From Gemmatimonas sp. (GTDB lineage Bacteria > Pseudomonadota > Alphaproteobacteria > SMXQ01): a DNA stretch of 64,000 bases. The translations under genes were made by a program, and so were the position numbers. The notes beneath the pieces are model-generated. The model ran no database searches, had not been told where the DNA came from, and worked only from the letters and a program-made list of their open reading frames with translations. Where the stretch lies: positions 37,273 through 101,272 of the forward strand of contig JBLNCI010000006.1 of NCBI GenBank assembly GCA_050260515.1, written 5' to 3'. Below are positions 1 through 7,262 of the stretch, one piece after another (the stretch's first letter is position 1; each line of letters begins with the position of its first letter).

Positions 1-95
1 ACTCTCCGTCTCGCTCCGATCGTACAGCCCGGCCGCTGATGAACCGGGCGCATCCGCCGCCGACATTAGGACGGGATGCGATCCGTGCAAGCGGT

Positions 96-189
96 TTGTC
101 CACAGGTCGCACGCGAAGGCTTGCCGTCCTTTCCGGAAATCGGCATCATTTCGGGTAATGATGGCCGCTCCCTCGCGAGCGGCCTTTTT
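96..189 (+). promoter_or_regulatory. Promoter-like + hairpin/T-run module, copy 1
   Basis: TTGTCCACAGG 96-106; TTGCCG 121-126; perfect palindrome TTTCCGGAAA 130-139 inside a 17-nt spacer; CATCAT 144-149; hairpin GGCCGCTC(163-170)/GAGCGGCC(177-184) followed by TTTTT 185-189. Same layout and spacing as 507-599 and 8454-8546. Confidence 0.5.
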
Positions 190-365
190 CATTTGGCATC
201 CGGAGCGGGCGCCTGACGCTCCGCCACCTCGGCGGCGTTCTCGTACGCGTCGACGAGGCGCAGGAGCGTTTCGCGCATCTGGATATCGGAGGTGGATTGC
301 GCGAGCCAGCGGACGTTGCTGGCCCGCTCACGGCAGTCGCGCACGAGATCGGCGTGAACCCACAT
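189..365 (-). CDS. Small (58 aa) helical hypothetical protein, paralog of the 54-aa ORF at 8280-8444
   Basis: ATG at 365 inside track ORF 189..530; G/C-rich third codon positions. MWVHADLVRDCRERASNVRWLAQ...RETLLRLVDAYENAAE shares an A-x-x-C/A..L-A...R-x-x-LL-x-L...Y...AE pattern with the ORF at 8280. Its stop codon overlaps the T-run of module copy 1. Confidence 0.5.
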   Translation of the reverse strand: MWVHADLVRDCRERASNVRWLAQSTSDIQMRETLLRLVDAYENAAEVAERQAPAPDAK

Positions 366-373
366 GGGACACT

Positions 374-688
374 CTACTGTCTCAACTGTCTCAGATCGCG
401 CCGGCCTCGAACGAGAAACCTGCGCGTCCAATACGACACCAGAAAACGGTGACGGGTCGATGACACCGCGGAGCGTGCTGCGCAGCGCTGACGTTCCGCT
501 GCCGACTTTCCACAGGGCACACGGGAACACTTGCCGTCGTTTCCGGAAATCGGCATCATTTTGAGTAATGATGGCCGTTCCTCGCGAGCGGCCTTTTTTC
601 TTTCGTATCGCCTTCGGACGCTCTCGCGAACGCGCATGGCGCGCTCGCGTCGTTCGCGCGCCAGATCGGCGTGAAATGACATACGCAT
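374..688 (-). pseudogene. Degenerate tandem copy of the 189-365 small gene (internal deletion, stop lost)
   Basis: Begins MRMSFHADLARERRERAMRVRE, the same N-terminal pattern and flanking DNA as the 189-365 copy, but the middle of the gene is missing. Where the paralog has CAAATGAAAAAGG (stop), this copy reads CGAAAGAAAAAAGG. The frame therefore runs on through module copy 2 to TAG at 374-376. Confidence 0.35.
507..599 (+). promoter_or_regulatory. Promoter-like + hairpin/T-run module, copy 2
   Basis: TTTCCACAGGG 507-517; TTGCCG 531-536; TTTCCGGAAA 540-549 in a 17-nt spacer; CATCAT 554-559; hairpin GGCCGTTC(573-580)/GAGCGGCC(586-593) followed by TTTTTT 594-599. Confidence 0.5.
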
Positions 689-805
689 CTCAGTAGCGCA
701 GATCGTGGTCCGCTCGTCGCGGGCTTTGAAAACGGGGCTCGACGTTCGATGCCGATGTGAGGCAGCCGCCTGATGTCGGCACTTTTTCTCCATGCACCCG
801 ACCCG

Positions 806-838
806 CGGCATGGCGTCTTGCACGCCATGCCGTCTTTC
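806..838 (+). terminator. Hairpin with T-rich tail in the terS leader
   Basis: Perfect 10-bp stem CGGCATGGCG(806-815)/CGCCATGCCG(823-832), 7-nt loop, followed by TCTTTC. Confidence 0.4.
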
Positions 839-847
839 AAACACCGG

Positions 848-872
848 AGCCGCCGAAAGGCGGCTTTCTTCT
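848..872 (+). terminator. Intrinsic-terminator-like hairpin 15 nt upstream of the terS start
   Basis: AGCCGCC(848-854) GAAA tetraloop GGCGGCT(859-865) followed by TTCTTCTTT. The terS RBS TGGAGGG (877-883) and ATG 887 follow directly. Confidence 0.55.
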
Positions 873-886
873 TTCCTGGAGGGCTC

Positions 887-1387
887 ATGAAACTCTCGCG
901 CAGGCCCGCCCGCTGGCTCGCCGTGCATCGCCCGCGGAAGTGCAACAAGCTGGCGACGCGCCGTGTGTGTGCGCTGATCCGCCAGGGCTTCGGACTCCGC
1001 GAGATCGCGCGACGGCCCGGAATGCCGACGCTCGACACGCTGACGCGCTGGATCACGGAGGAGGACGCGTTTCGCGTCGAGTACGACCGCGCGCGCCAGA
1101 CCCAGACCGAAGTCTATGCCGACGACGTCGTGGCGCTCGCCGACGCTGTCGCTGACGGAGACCTCGCCGGCGTCAAGCTGCGGGTCGACGTGCGGAAGTG
1201 GCACGTCGTGCTCACCCGGGGCGCCGCGCGCCCCGGCGGCGACAAGGGGCTGGTGGACGAAGAGGTGTTACGGCGGTTCGCGGCCGCAACGGAGCGGCTG
1301 GCACGATTCGAGGCCGACGAGCTCGGCGTTGGGCCGAAGGAAAATGCGCCGCAATCCGGCGATACCATGCACGAGGACGACCGATGA
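887..1387 (+). CDS. Terminase small subunit (HTH DNA-binding type)
   Basis: ATG 887 with GGAGGG RBS inside ORF 773..1387. HTH-like GFGLREIARRPGMPTLDTLTRWI. Stop overlaps the terL start (ATGA at 1384-1387). Position is immediately upstream of the large terminase. Confidence 0.65.
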   Translation: MKLSRRPARWLAVHRPRKCNKLATRRVCALIRQGFGLREIARRPGMPTLDTLTRWITEEDAFRVEYDRARQTQTEVYADDVVALADAVADGDLAGVKLRVDVRKWHVVLTRGAARPGGDKGLVDEEVLRRFAAATERLARFEADELGVGPKENAPQSGDTMHEDDR

Positions 1388-2817
1388 GGTGGGCGACACG
1401 GGATCTCGCCACGGTCACCGCGCTGGGCGGGTGCGCAAGCGATCCGCTCCGGTTCGTGCTGACCGCGTTTGCGTGGGGTGAGGGCGAGCTTGCGGACCAC
1501 GCCGGCCCGGACAAGTGGCAGACCGAGGTGCTGCGCGCCATCGGCGACCACCTCAGGCTCGAGAAACCGTCCCGGCCCTTGCGCGTTGCCGTCGCGTCTG
1601 GCCACGGCGTCGGCAAGTCGGCGCTCGTCGCGTGGCTCATTTTGTGGGCGATGACCACCCGGCCTCACCTCGCCGCGGTTGTCACGGCCAACACCCAGCG
1701 GCAGCTCGAAACGAAGACGTGGCGGGAGCTCGCGCTCTGGCACAAGCGGCTGGTGAACCGTCACTGGTTCGCCTGGTCGCAGTCGAAGCTGGTCATGGTC
1801 AATCATCCGGACACCTGGTTCGCCGCCGCGGTGCCGTGGTCGCGGGAGCGGCCGGAGGCTTTCGCCGGGCTGCACGGGCGACACGTGATGGTGATCTACG
1901 ACGAGGCGTCCGCGATCCCGAACGAGATCTGGGACGTGTCGGAAGGCGCGATGACGACCCCGGGCGCGATGTGGTTCGCCTTCGGCAATCCCACGCGCAA
2001 CACCGGGCGGTTCCGCGACTGCTTCATGAAGTCGCGTACCTGGACGCGATTCAAGGTCGACGCGCGGACGTCGCGGCTCGTGAACCAGGCGCAGGTGCAG
2101 GCATGGATTGCCGAGCATGGCGTCGACTCCGACTTCGTGCGCATCCGCGTGACCGGTCGCTTTCCGAGCCAGAGCAACTGGCAGTTCATCTCGCGGGAGC
2201 TGACGGATCGCGCGCGCGCATCGCCCGGCGTCCCCTTCGGTCCGCTCGTCATGGGCATCGACGTGGCGCGGTTCGGCGACGATCAGACGGTGTTCCTGCT
2301 GCGGCAGGGCGAGGCGATCAAGAGGATCGAGCGGATACGCGGCGCCGACACGATGCGGGTGGCCGGCCGCGCGGCCGAGGCCATCGACCGATCGCGGCCG
2401 GCCGCGGTGTTCATCGATGGCGTCGGTGTGGGCGGCGGAGTGGTCGATCGGCTGAAGCAGCTCGGGTTCCCCGTCATCGAGGTGAACGGCGGAAGCCGGG
2501 CGACGGACGATCGCCGCTATGCCAACCGCCGCGCCGAGATGTGGGCGCGCGTCCGCGAGTGGCTGCAGGCCGGCGGCTGCCTGCCGCGGGAGGATGCGGC
2601 CCTGGCGGATGAGCTGTGCGCCCCCGAATACGGCTACGACGCCAGCAATCGCATCATCCTCGAGAAGAAGGACGACATGAAGAAACGCGGGCTCGCGTCC
2701 CCCGACGCGGCCGACGCGCTGGCGCTCACCTTCGCCGATCCGGTGTGGGTGCCGGCCGACGACGAGCCGCCGCCGCGCATCGAGACCGTCGCCGACTACG
2801 ACCCGCTGAAATGGTGA
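1384..2817 (+). CDS. terL: Terminase large subunit
   Basis: Internal ATG 1384 of ORF 1198..2817. Walker A-like VAVASGHGVGKSALVAWL. ATPase N-half and nuclease-like C-half (IDGVGVGGGVVDRL, DAADALALTF) typical of phage TerL. Confidence 0.85.
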   Translation: MRWATRDLATVTALGGCASDPLRFVLTAFAWGEGELADHAGPDKWQTEVLRAIGDHLRLEKPSRPLRVAVASGHGVGKSALVAWLILWAMTTRPHLAAVVTANTQRQLETKTWRELALWHKRLVNRHWFAWSQSKLVMVNHPDTWFAAAVPWSRERPEAFAGLHGRHVMVIYDEASAIPNEIWDVSEGAMTTPGAMWFAFGNPTRNTGRFRDCFMKSRTWTRFKVDARTSRLVNQAQVQAWIAEHGVDSDFVRIRVTGRFPSQSNWQFISRELTDRARASPGVPFGPLVMGIDVARFGDDQTVFLLRQGEAIKRIERIRGADTMRVAGRAAEAIDRSRPAAVFIDGVGVGGGVVDRLKQLGFPVIEVNGGSRATDDRRYANRRAEMWARVREWLQAGGCLPREDAALADELCAPEYGYDASNRIILEKKDDMKKRGLASPDAADALALTFADPVWVPADDEPPPRIETVADYDPLKW

Positions 2818-2824
2818 CTTCGAA

Positions 2825-3361
2825 ATGGTGACGTCGCTGCGCCCCCTCGACCGCGACGCCGTCGCGTTCGTGGCTGCGCACATGCGCGCCTGCGACCGCG
2901 AGGAGATCTTCGCCACACGCTGGGACGACGATGCCAGCGCCATCGCCGACGAGACGGTAGCCTGCGCCCGCTTCGGCGTGGTCGCGTGGGCGTCGGGCGC
3001 GCCGGTCGCCGTCGTCTGCGCCATGCCGCTGTGGCCCGGCGTGTGGACGGTCGCGATGTACGCCACCGACGCCTGGCTGATGGTCGCGGGTGCGGTGACG
3101 CGCTGGATCCGCCGCGAGCTGATGCCGAATGTCGCGGCCACGGGCGCGCATCGGGTCGAGTGCCGCTCGCTGGCGTCGCACGGGACGGCGCACCGCTGGC
3201 TGGAACGGCTCGGCGGGCGCCGCGAGGCGACGCTCACCGACTACGGCCGCAACCGCGAATGCTTCTACGTCTACGCGTGGACCTTGACCGACCTGACAGG
3301 AGATCACGATGTGCTTCGACAGCCCCTCGCCACCGCCGCCGCCACCGCCGCCGGGTCCTGA
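2825..3361 (+). CDS. Phage protein with GNAT/acetyltransferase-like fold (resembles proteins annotated internal virion protein A in some T7-supergroup phages)
   Basis: ORF 2825..3361, ATG start. Lies between terL and portal. The pattern ...RWIRRELMP...HRVECRSLASHGTAHRWLERLG...REATL..YG is reminiscent of N-acetyltransferase-fold phage proteins. Function not verifiable here. Confidence 0.45.
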   Translation: MVTSLRPLDRDAVAFVAAHMRACDREEIFATRWDDDASAIADETVACARFGVVAWASGAPVAVVCAMPLWPGVWTVAMYATDAWLMVAGAVTRWIRRELMPNVAATGAHRVECRSLASHGTAHRWLERLGGRREATLTDYGRNRECFYVYAWTLTDLTGDHDVLRQPLATAAATAAGS

Positions 3362-3503
3362 CAACGCCTCGGTGGAAGCCGCGGCGCTTGCCGAGCGCGA
3401 CCGCCTGCGGCGGGCCAGGGGCCGCGCCGCGACCATCCTGACCGGCGGCCTCGGCGACACGTCGCCGGCCATGGCCGCGGTCAAGCGCCTGCTGGGCCAG
3501 TGA
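3309..3503 (+). CDS. Small (64 aa) phage protein with N-terminal Met-Cys and a polyproline tract
   Basis: AGGAG RBS at 3299-3303 and ATG at 3309; very high GC3. MCFDSPSPPPPPPPPGP...RRARGRAATILTGGLGD. Overlaps the end of the upstream ORF by 53 nt in another frame. Confidence 0.6.
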   Translation: MCFDSPSPPPPPPPPGPDNASVEAAALAERDRLRRARGRAATILTGGLGDTSPAMAAVKRLLGQ

Positions 3504-3530
3504 CGCGTCGATCTTTTCCACCCTTGAGCT

Positions 3531-3690
3531 CCCCCTCACCCTGACCCTCTCCCCGGTGGGGAGAGGGATTTCGACGAGCGACACCGGCCACCGTCGCGCG
3601 CTCACGATGCTCCCGCCGAGAGGCGGTCGAGGATTGGCGACGGGTCGCTCCGAAAACCTTCTCCCAGAGGGAGACGGTGGGGTGAGGGGG
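3531..3690. repeat. MITE/REP-like palindromic element inserted in the phage late operon
   Basis: Terminal inverted repeats CCCCCTCACCC (3531-3541) and GGGTGAGGGGG (3680-3690). Each end carries an adjacent hairpin: CCCTCTCCCC-GGT-GGGGAGAGGG at 3545-3567 and TCTCCC-AGA-GGGAGA at 3660-3674. It is non-coding and fills most of the 225-bp gap before the portal gene. Confidence 0.6.
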
Positions 3691-3728
3691 CTTCGTGCAC
3701 CCGCGAACCACAACCGACGAGACATCCG

Positions 3729-5333
3729 ATGACCGACCTTTCCCCGTCGGCGCTGATCGAGCGCGCCGACGCCCTGAAGTGCGAGCGCGCCGCGCTCGAG
3801 CGCACCTGGCAGGAGATCGCGCAGGTGCTGCGGCCGGCGCGCGCCGACTTCGGCCTGCCGCCGACCCAGGACCGGCCCGAGCGCCGAGTGTTCGACTCGG
3901 CACCGGTGCTCGCCGCCGACAACCTCGCCGCCGGTCTGTGGGGGATGATCACCAACTCCGCGAACGCGTGGTTCGAGCTGCGCCACCCGGTCGCGGCGGT
4001 GAACGACCGCCAGGACGTGCGCCTGTGGCTCGACGCCTGCACCCGCATCCTGCGCGAAGCCTTCGCCGCGAATGGCCAGAAGTTCTACGCGCGTGTGCTC
4101 GAGCTGTACCAGGACCTCGTCGCGTTCGGGACCGCGGTGTTCTACGTCGACGAGGTGCCGCCCAATGTGACCCGTGCGGCGAGCCTGCACTTCTCCTGCC
4201 GCCATCTCGGCGAGTGTCTGATCGCGGAGAACGAGCTCGGCGAAGTCGACACGGTGTACCGCCGGTTCGCTCTGACGGCGCGCCAGGCGCAGCGGAAGTG
4301 GGGCGAGGCCGCGGGGTCGCGCGTGGCGCGGGCGCTCGAACGCAACCGGCCCGAGGAGCGCTTCGAGTTCCTCCACGCCGTGCTGCCCAACGACGAGCGC
4401 GACCCGGCGCGGGCCGACGCGAAGGGCATGGGCTGGCGCTCGGTCGTGATCGCGGTCGACGACCGGCGCGCCGTGAGCGAGGGCGGCTACCACGAGTTCC
4501 CGTTCATGGTGCCGCGGTGGGCGACGTCGGCGCGGCAGGTCTACGGCGACTCGCCGGCACTGCTCGCGCTCGCCGACGTCAAGGTGCTGAACCGGATGTC
4601 GAAGACCACCGTCGTCGCGGCCGAGAAGACCGTCGACCCGCCGTTGCTCGCCGCCGACGAGCGGGGCCTGCGCGGCATCCGCACGACGCCCGGCGGCATC
4701 ATCTACGGCGGCATCGATTCGCAGGGTCGCGTCCGCTATCAGCCGCTGCAGACCAACGCCCAGGTGAATCTCGGGCTCGAGTTGACGGAACAGCGGCGTC
4801 AGGCGATCCGCGAGGCGTTCTACTCGTCGCTGCTGCTGATGGTCGCGTCGCCGAACGCGACCGCCACCGAGGTGCTGGCGCGCGAGCAGGAGAAGCTCCG
4901 GCTGATGGGGCCGCACCTCGGCCGCATCGAATCCGAGTTCCTCGACCCGTGCATCGATCGCGTGTTCGCGGTGCTGATGCGGTCCGGCGCATTGCCGCCG
5001 CCGCCGCCGGCGGTGCTGGCGGTACCCGGCCTCAAGGTCGAGTACGTGTCGCCGCTCGCCCGCGCCCAGAAGGCGCAGGAGGGTGAGGCCATCGTCCGGA
5101 CGTTCGAGGCGATGGCGCCCCTGATGGCCGCGGCGCCGAGCGTCGTCGACAATTTCGACGTCGACGCGGTCGCCCGCGCGCTGGCCGATGCGTACGGAAT
5201 GCCGGTGCGGGCGATGCGCGACCCGCAGCTCGTCGCGACGTTGCGGGCAAGCCGCGCGGCCACCGCAGCACAGATCGGCGCGTTGGCGACGCGAGGCGCG
5301 GCCGTCGCCTCGCCGGACGGAGCCGCGCGATGA
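3729..5333 (+). CDS. Portal (head-to-tail connector) protein, podovirus T7/BPP-1 type
   Basis: 534-aa ORF between terminase and scaffold. N-terminal ERTWQEIAQVLRPARADF...LAAGLWGMITNSANAWFEL pattern is as in podovirus head-tail connector proteins. Stop overlaps the next start (ATGA). Confidence 0.75.
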   Translation: MTDLSPSALIERADALKCERAALERTWQEIAQVLRPARADFGLPPTQDRPERRVFDSAPVLAADNLAAGLWGMITNSANAWFELRHPVAAVNDRQDVRLWLDACTRILREAFAANGQKFYARVLELYQDLVAFGTAVFYVDEVPPNVTRAASLHFSCRHLGECLIAENELGEVDTVYRRFALTARQAQRKWGEAAGSRVARALERNRPEERFEFLHAVLPNDERDPARADAKGMGWRSVVIAVDDRRAVSEGGYHEFPFMVPRWATSARQVYGDSPALLALADVKVLNRMSKTTVVAAEKTVDPPLLAADERGLRGIRTTPGGIIYGGIDSQGRVRYQPLQTNAQVNLGLELTEQRRQAIREAFYSSLLLMVASPNATATEVLAREQEKLRLMGPHLGRIESEFLDPCIDRVFAVLMRSGALPPPPPAVLAVPGLKVEYVSPLARAQKAQEGEAIVRTFEAMAPLMAAAPSVVDNFDVDAVARALADAYGMPVRAMRDPQLVATLRASRAATAAQIGALATRGAAVASPDGAAR

Positions 5334-5629
5334 AGGCGGGACTCGTCTGGATCGCCAACGCCTTCGGCCCGCGCCGCGGCGCCGCGATCGCCGCCGCATA
5401 CCGCGCGGTGTTCGCCGGCGATGAAGGTCGGCGTGTGCTCGCCGATCTCGCCCGCTATTGCCGGTTCGGTACCACGAGCTTCGTCGCCGGCGACCCGCAT
5501 CAGACCGCGTTCAACGAGGGGGCGCGCGACGCCTTCCTCCACATCGTCGAACTGACGGGCATCACGGCGACCGAGGCCGCCGATCTGCTCGCACTCGACC
5601 AGTCCCACTCGCAACAGGAGCCCACATGA
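5330..5629 (+). CDS. Bbp19-like small phage protein
   Basis: 99-aa ORF directly after the portal, as in BPP-1-type phages. VFAGDEGRRVLADLARYCRF...GDPHQTAFNEGARDAFLHIVEL matches my recollection of the Bbp19-like domain. Confidence 0.5.
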   Translation: MKAGLVWIANAFGPRRGAAIAAAYRAVFAGDEGRRVLADLARYCRFGTTSFVAGDPHQTAFNEGARDAFLHIVELTGITATEAADLLALDQSHSQQEPT

Positions 5630-6462
5630 CCGAAGTCACCACCACTCACGCTGCTCCGGCCGCGACGCCGGCCCCGACCGCAGCGAGCGCGACAGCCCCA
5701 GCCACAACCGCCGACTGGAGCGCGTCGTTCGATGCCGATGCGCGGGCGCTGGTCGCGGCGAAGGGTTGGCGCAGCCCGGCGGACGCGCTCAGGAGCTACG
5801 CCCATCTCGAGCGGCTGATGGGTGGCGACCGCATCGCGGTGCCCGCGGCCGACGCCGCACCCGACGCGTGGGAGGCGGTCTACGCGAAGCTCGGTCGGCC
5901 GGCGAACGCCGACGGCTATCGCCTGCAGCGGCCCGAGGGCTTCGACGGCTACTCGGAGGATCTTGCCGCGGGATTCCGCCAGGCGGCATTCGCCGCCGGC
6001 TTGTCGGACCGCCAGGCCCGGACGCTGCACGACTTCTACGTCGCCACGGCGGCCGAGCGCGCCGACGCCGAGGCCGAGCAGGCGCAGGCGGCGAGCGCGG
6101 CGCTCGACCGCCACCTGCGCGCGACGTGGGGTCCGCAGTACGAGGCCAACGTGGCGCTGGCCAGGCGCGCGGCCCGCGCCTTCGCCCCGCCCGAAACGCT
6201 GGATGCGCTGCATGGGGCGATGGACGCGCCGGCGGTGCTGGCCCTGTTCGCGCGCATCGGCGCGGCGATGGGCGAGGACCGGCTGGTCGGCGACGGAGAT
6301 TCGTCGCACGCGCTCGCGCCCGAGCAGGCGCGCAGCGAGATCGCGCGGATCGAAGGGCAGATGACCGATCCCCGCAGCGCGCTGATGGACCGCTCGCATC
6401 CCGAGCACGACACGCTGGTGCGCCGCCGCGACGCGCTCTACCGCCTGGCGTTTCCGGGGTGA
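5626..6462 (+). CDS. Capsid scaffolding protein
   Basis: ATG 5626 (ATGA overlap with upstream stop) inside ORF 5458..6462. Ala/Glu/Arg-rich helical 278-aa protein in the canonical scaffold position. Confidence 0.6.
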   Translation: MTEVTTTHAAPAATPAPTAASATAPATTADWSASFDADARALVAAKGWRSPADALRSYAHLERLMGGDRIAVPAADAAPDAWEAVYAKLGRPANADGYRLQRPEGFDGYSEDLAAGFRQAAFAAGLSDRQARTLHDFYVATAAERADAEAEQAQAASAALDRHLRATWGPQYEANVALARRAARAFAPPETLDALHGAMDAPAVLALFARIGAAMGEDRLVGDGDSSHALAPEQARSEIARIEGQMTDPRSALMDRSHPEHDTLVRRRDALYRLAFPG

Positions 6463-6559
6463 GGGGATCGGGTGCGGCGCGCTTTCCTTTTGGCCGCACC
6501 TGTGGCGTGATGCGGCGGCTCACAACTGTCGCGACCACCAGGCGAGCACTCGGGGGACC

Positions 6560-7255
6560 ATGACGACGCATCCGCATCACCGCCAGAGCTACAGGTACTA
6601 CGACCTTCTCCTCGGCGCGTTCATCACCGTCTACCTCTGCTCGAACCTGATCGGCCCGGCGAAAGCCGTGTCGATGTGGGGATTCACCTTCGGCGCCGGC
6701 GTGCTGTTCTTCCCGATCTCCTACATCTTCGGCGACGTGATGACCGAGGTGTACGGCTACGCCCGCGCGCGCAAGGTGATCTGGTGCGGGTTCGGCGCGA
6801 TGATCTTCGCCTCGATCATGGCGACGGTCGTCGTCAAGCTGCCGCCGGCGCCGGGGTGGCCGTTCCAGTCGGCCTACGAGGAGATCTTCGGCCAGACGCC
6901 GCGGATCGTTTTCGCGTCGCTGGCCGCGTTCTTCGCCGGCGAGTTCGTGAATTCCTACGTGCTCGCGAAGATGAAGGTCTGGACCGAGGGGCGCTGGCTG
7001 TGGACGCGCACCATCGGCTCGACCATCGCGGGCGAGGGCGTCGATTCGCTGATCTTCTATCCGCTGGCGTTCTACGGCACCTGGGAGACGCCGCTGGTGA
7101 TGAGCGTGATGATGACCAACTACGTGCTGAAGGTGCTGGTCGAGGTGGTGATGACGCCGGTGACCTACAAGATCGTCGGCGCCCTGAAGCGATCGGAGCA
7201 GGAGGACTACTTCGATACCAAGACCGACTTCACGCCGTTCAGCCTGAAGACGTGA
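6560..7255 (+). CDS. yhhQ: Queuosine-precursor (preQ0/preQ1) transporter YhhQ, DUF165/VUT family
   Basis: 231-aa polytopic membrane protein. FPISYIFGDVMTEVYGYARARKVIW and RTIGSTIAGEGVDSLIFYPLAFYG motifs are characteristic of YhhQ-family proteins. A host-type gene inside the phage head module. Confidence 0.8.
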   Translation: MTTHPHHRQSYRYYDLLLGAFITVYLCSNLIGPAKAVSMWGFTFGAGVLFFPISYIFGDVMTEVYGYARARKVIWCGFGAMIFASIMATVVVKLPPAPGWPFQSAYEEIFGQTPRIVFASLAAFFAGEFVNSYVLAKMKVWTEGRWLWTRTIGSTIAGEGVDSLIFYPLAFYGTWETPLVMSVMMTNYVLKVLVEVVMTPVTYKIVGALKRSEQEDYFDTKTDFTPFSLKT

Positions 7256-7262
7256 GGCGGCG

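Noticed and set aside
507-536. Reading the conserved box CACAGGGCAC...TTGC of the repeat module as a sigma-54 (-24 GG / -12 GC) promoter.
   Set aside because: The spacing between GGCAC and TTGC is 10 nt rather than the canonical 5, and it is not better in the other copies.
1114-3237. Very long antisense ORFs in the track: 1114..3237(-), 3234..5399(-), 5789..7540(-), 10634..12634(-), 28407..29921(-), 33862..36093(-), 39768..41858(+), 50000..51907(-), 62755..63972(-) and others.
   Set aside because: They are Arg/Pro/Gly/His-rich, lack recognisable motifs, and lie opposite well-supported genes. Long stop-free antisense frames are expected in DNA this GC-rich.
6463-6559. Possible preQ1 riboswitch upstream of yhhQ.
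   Set aside because: There is no short P1 hairpin followed by the conserved A-rich tail (..CCC..UAAAAAACUA-like). Only a weak GTGCGGC/GCCGCAC hairpin without a T-run is present.
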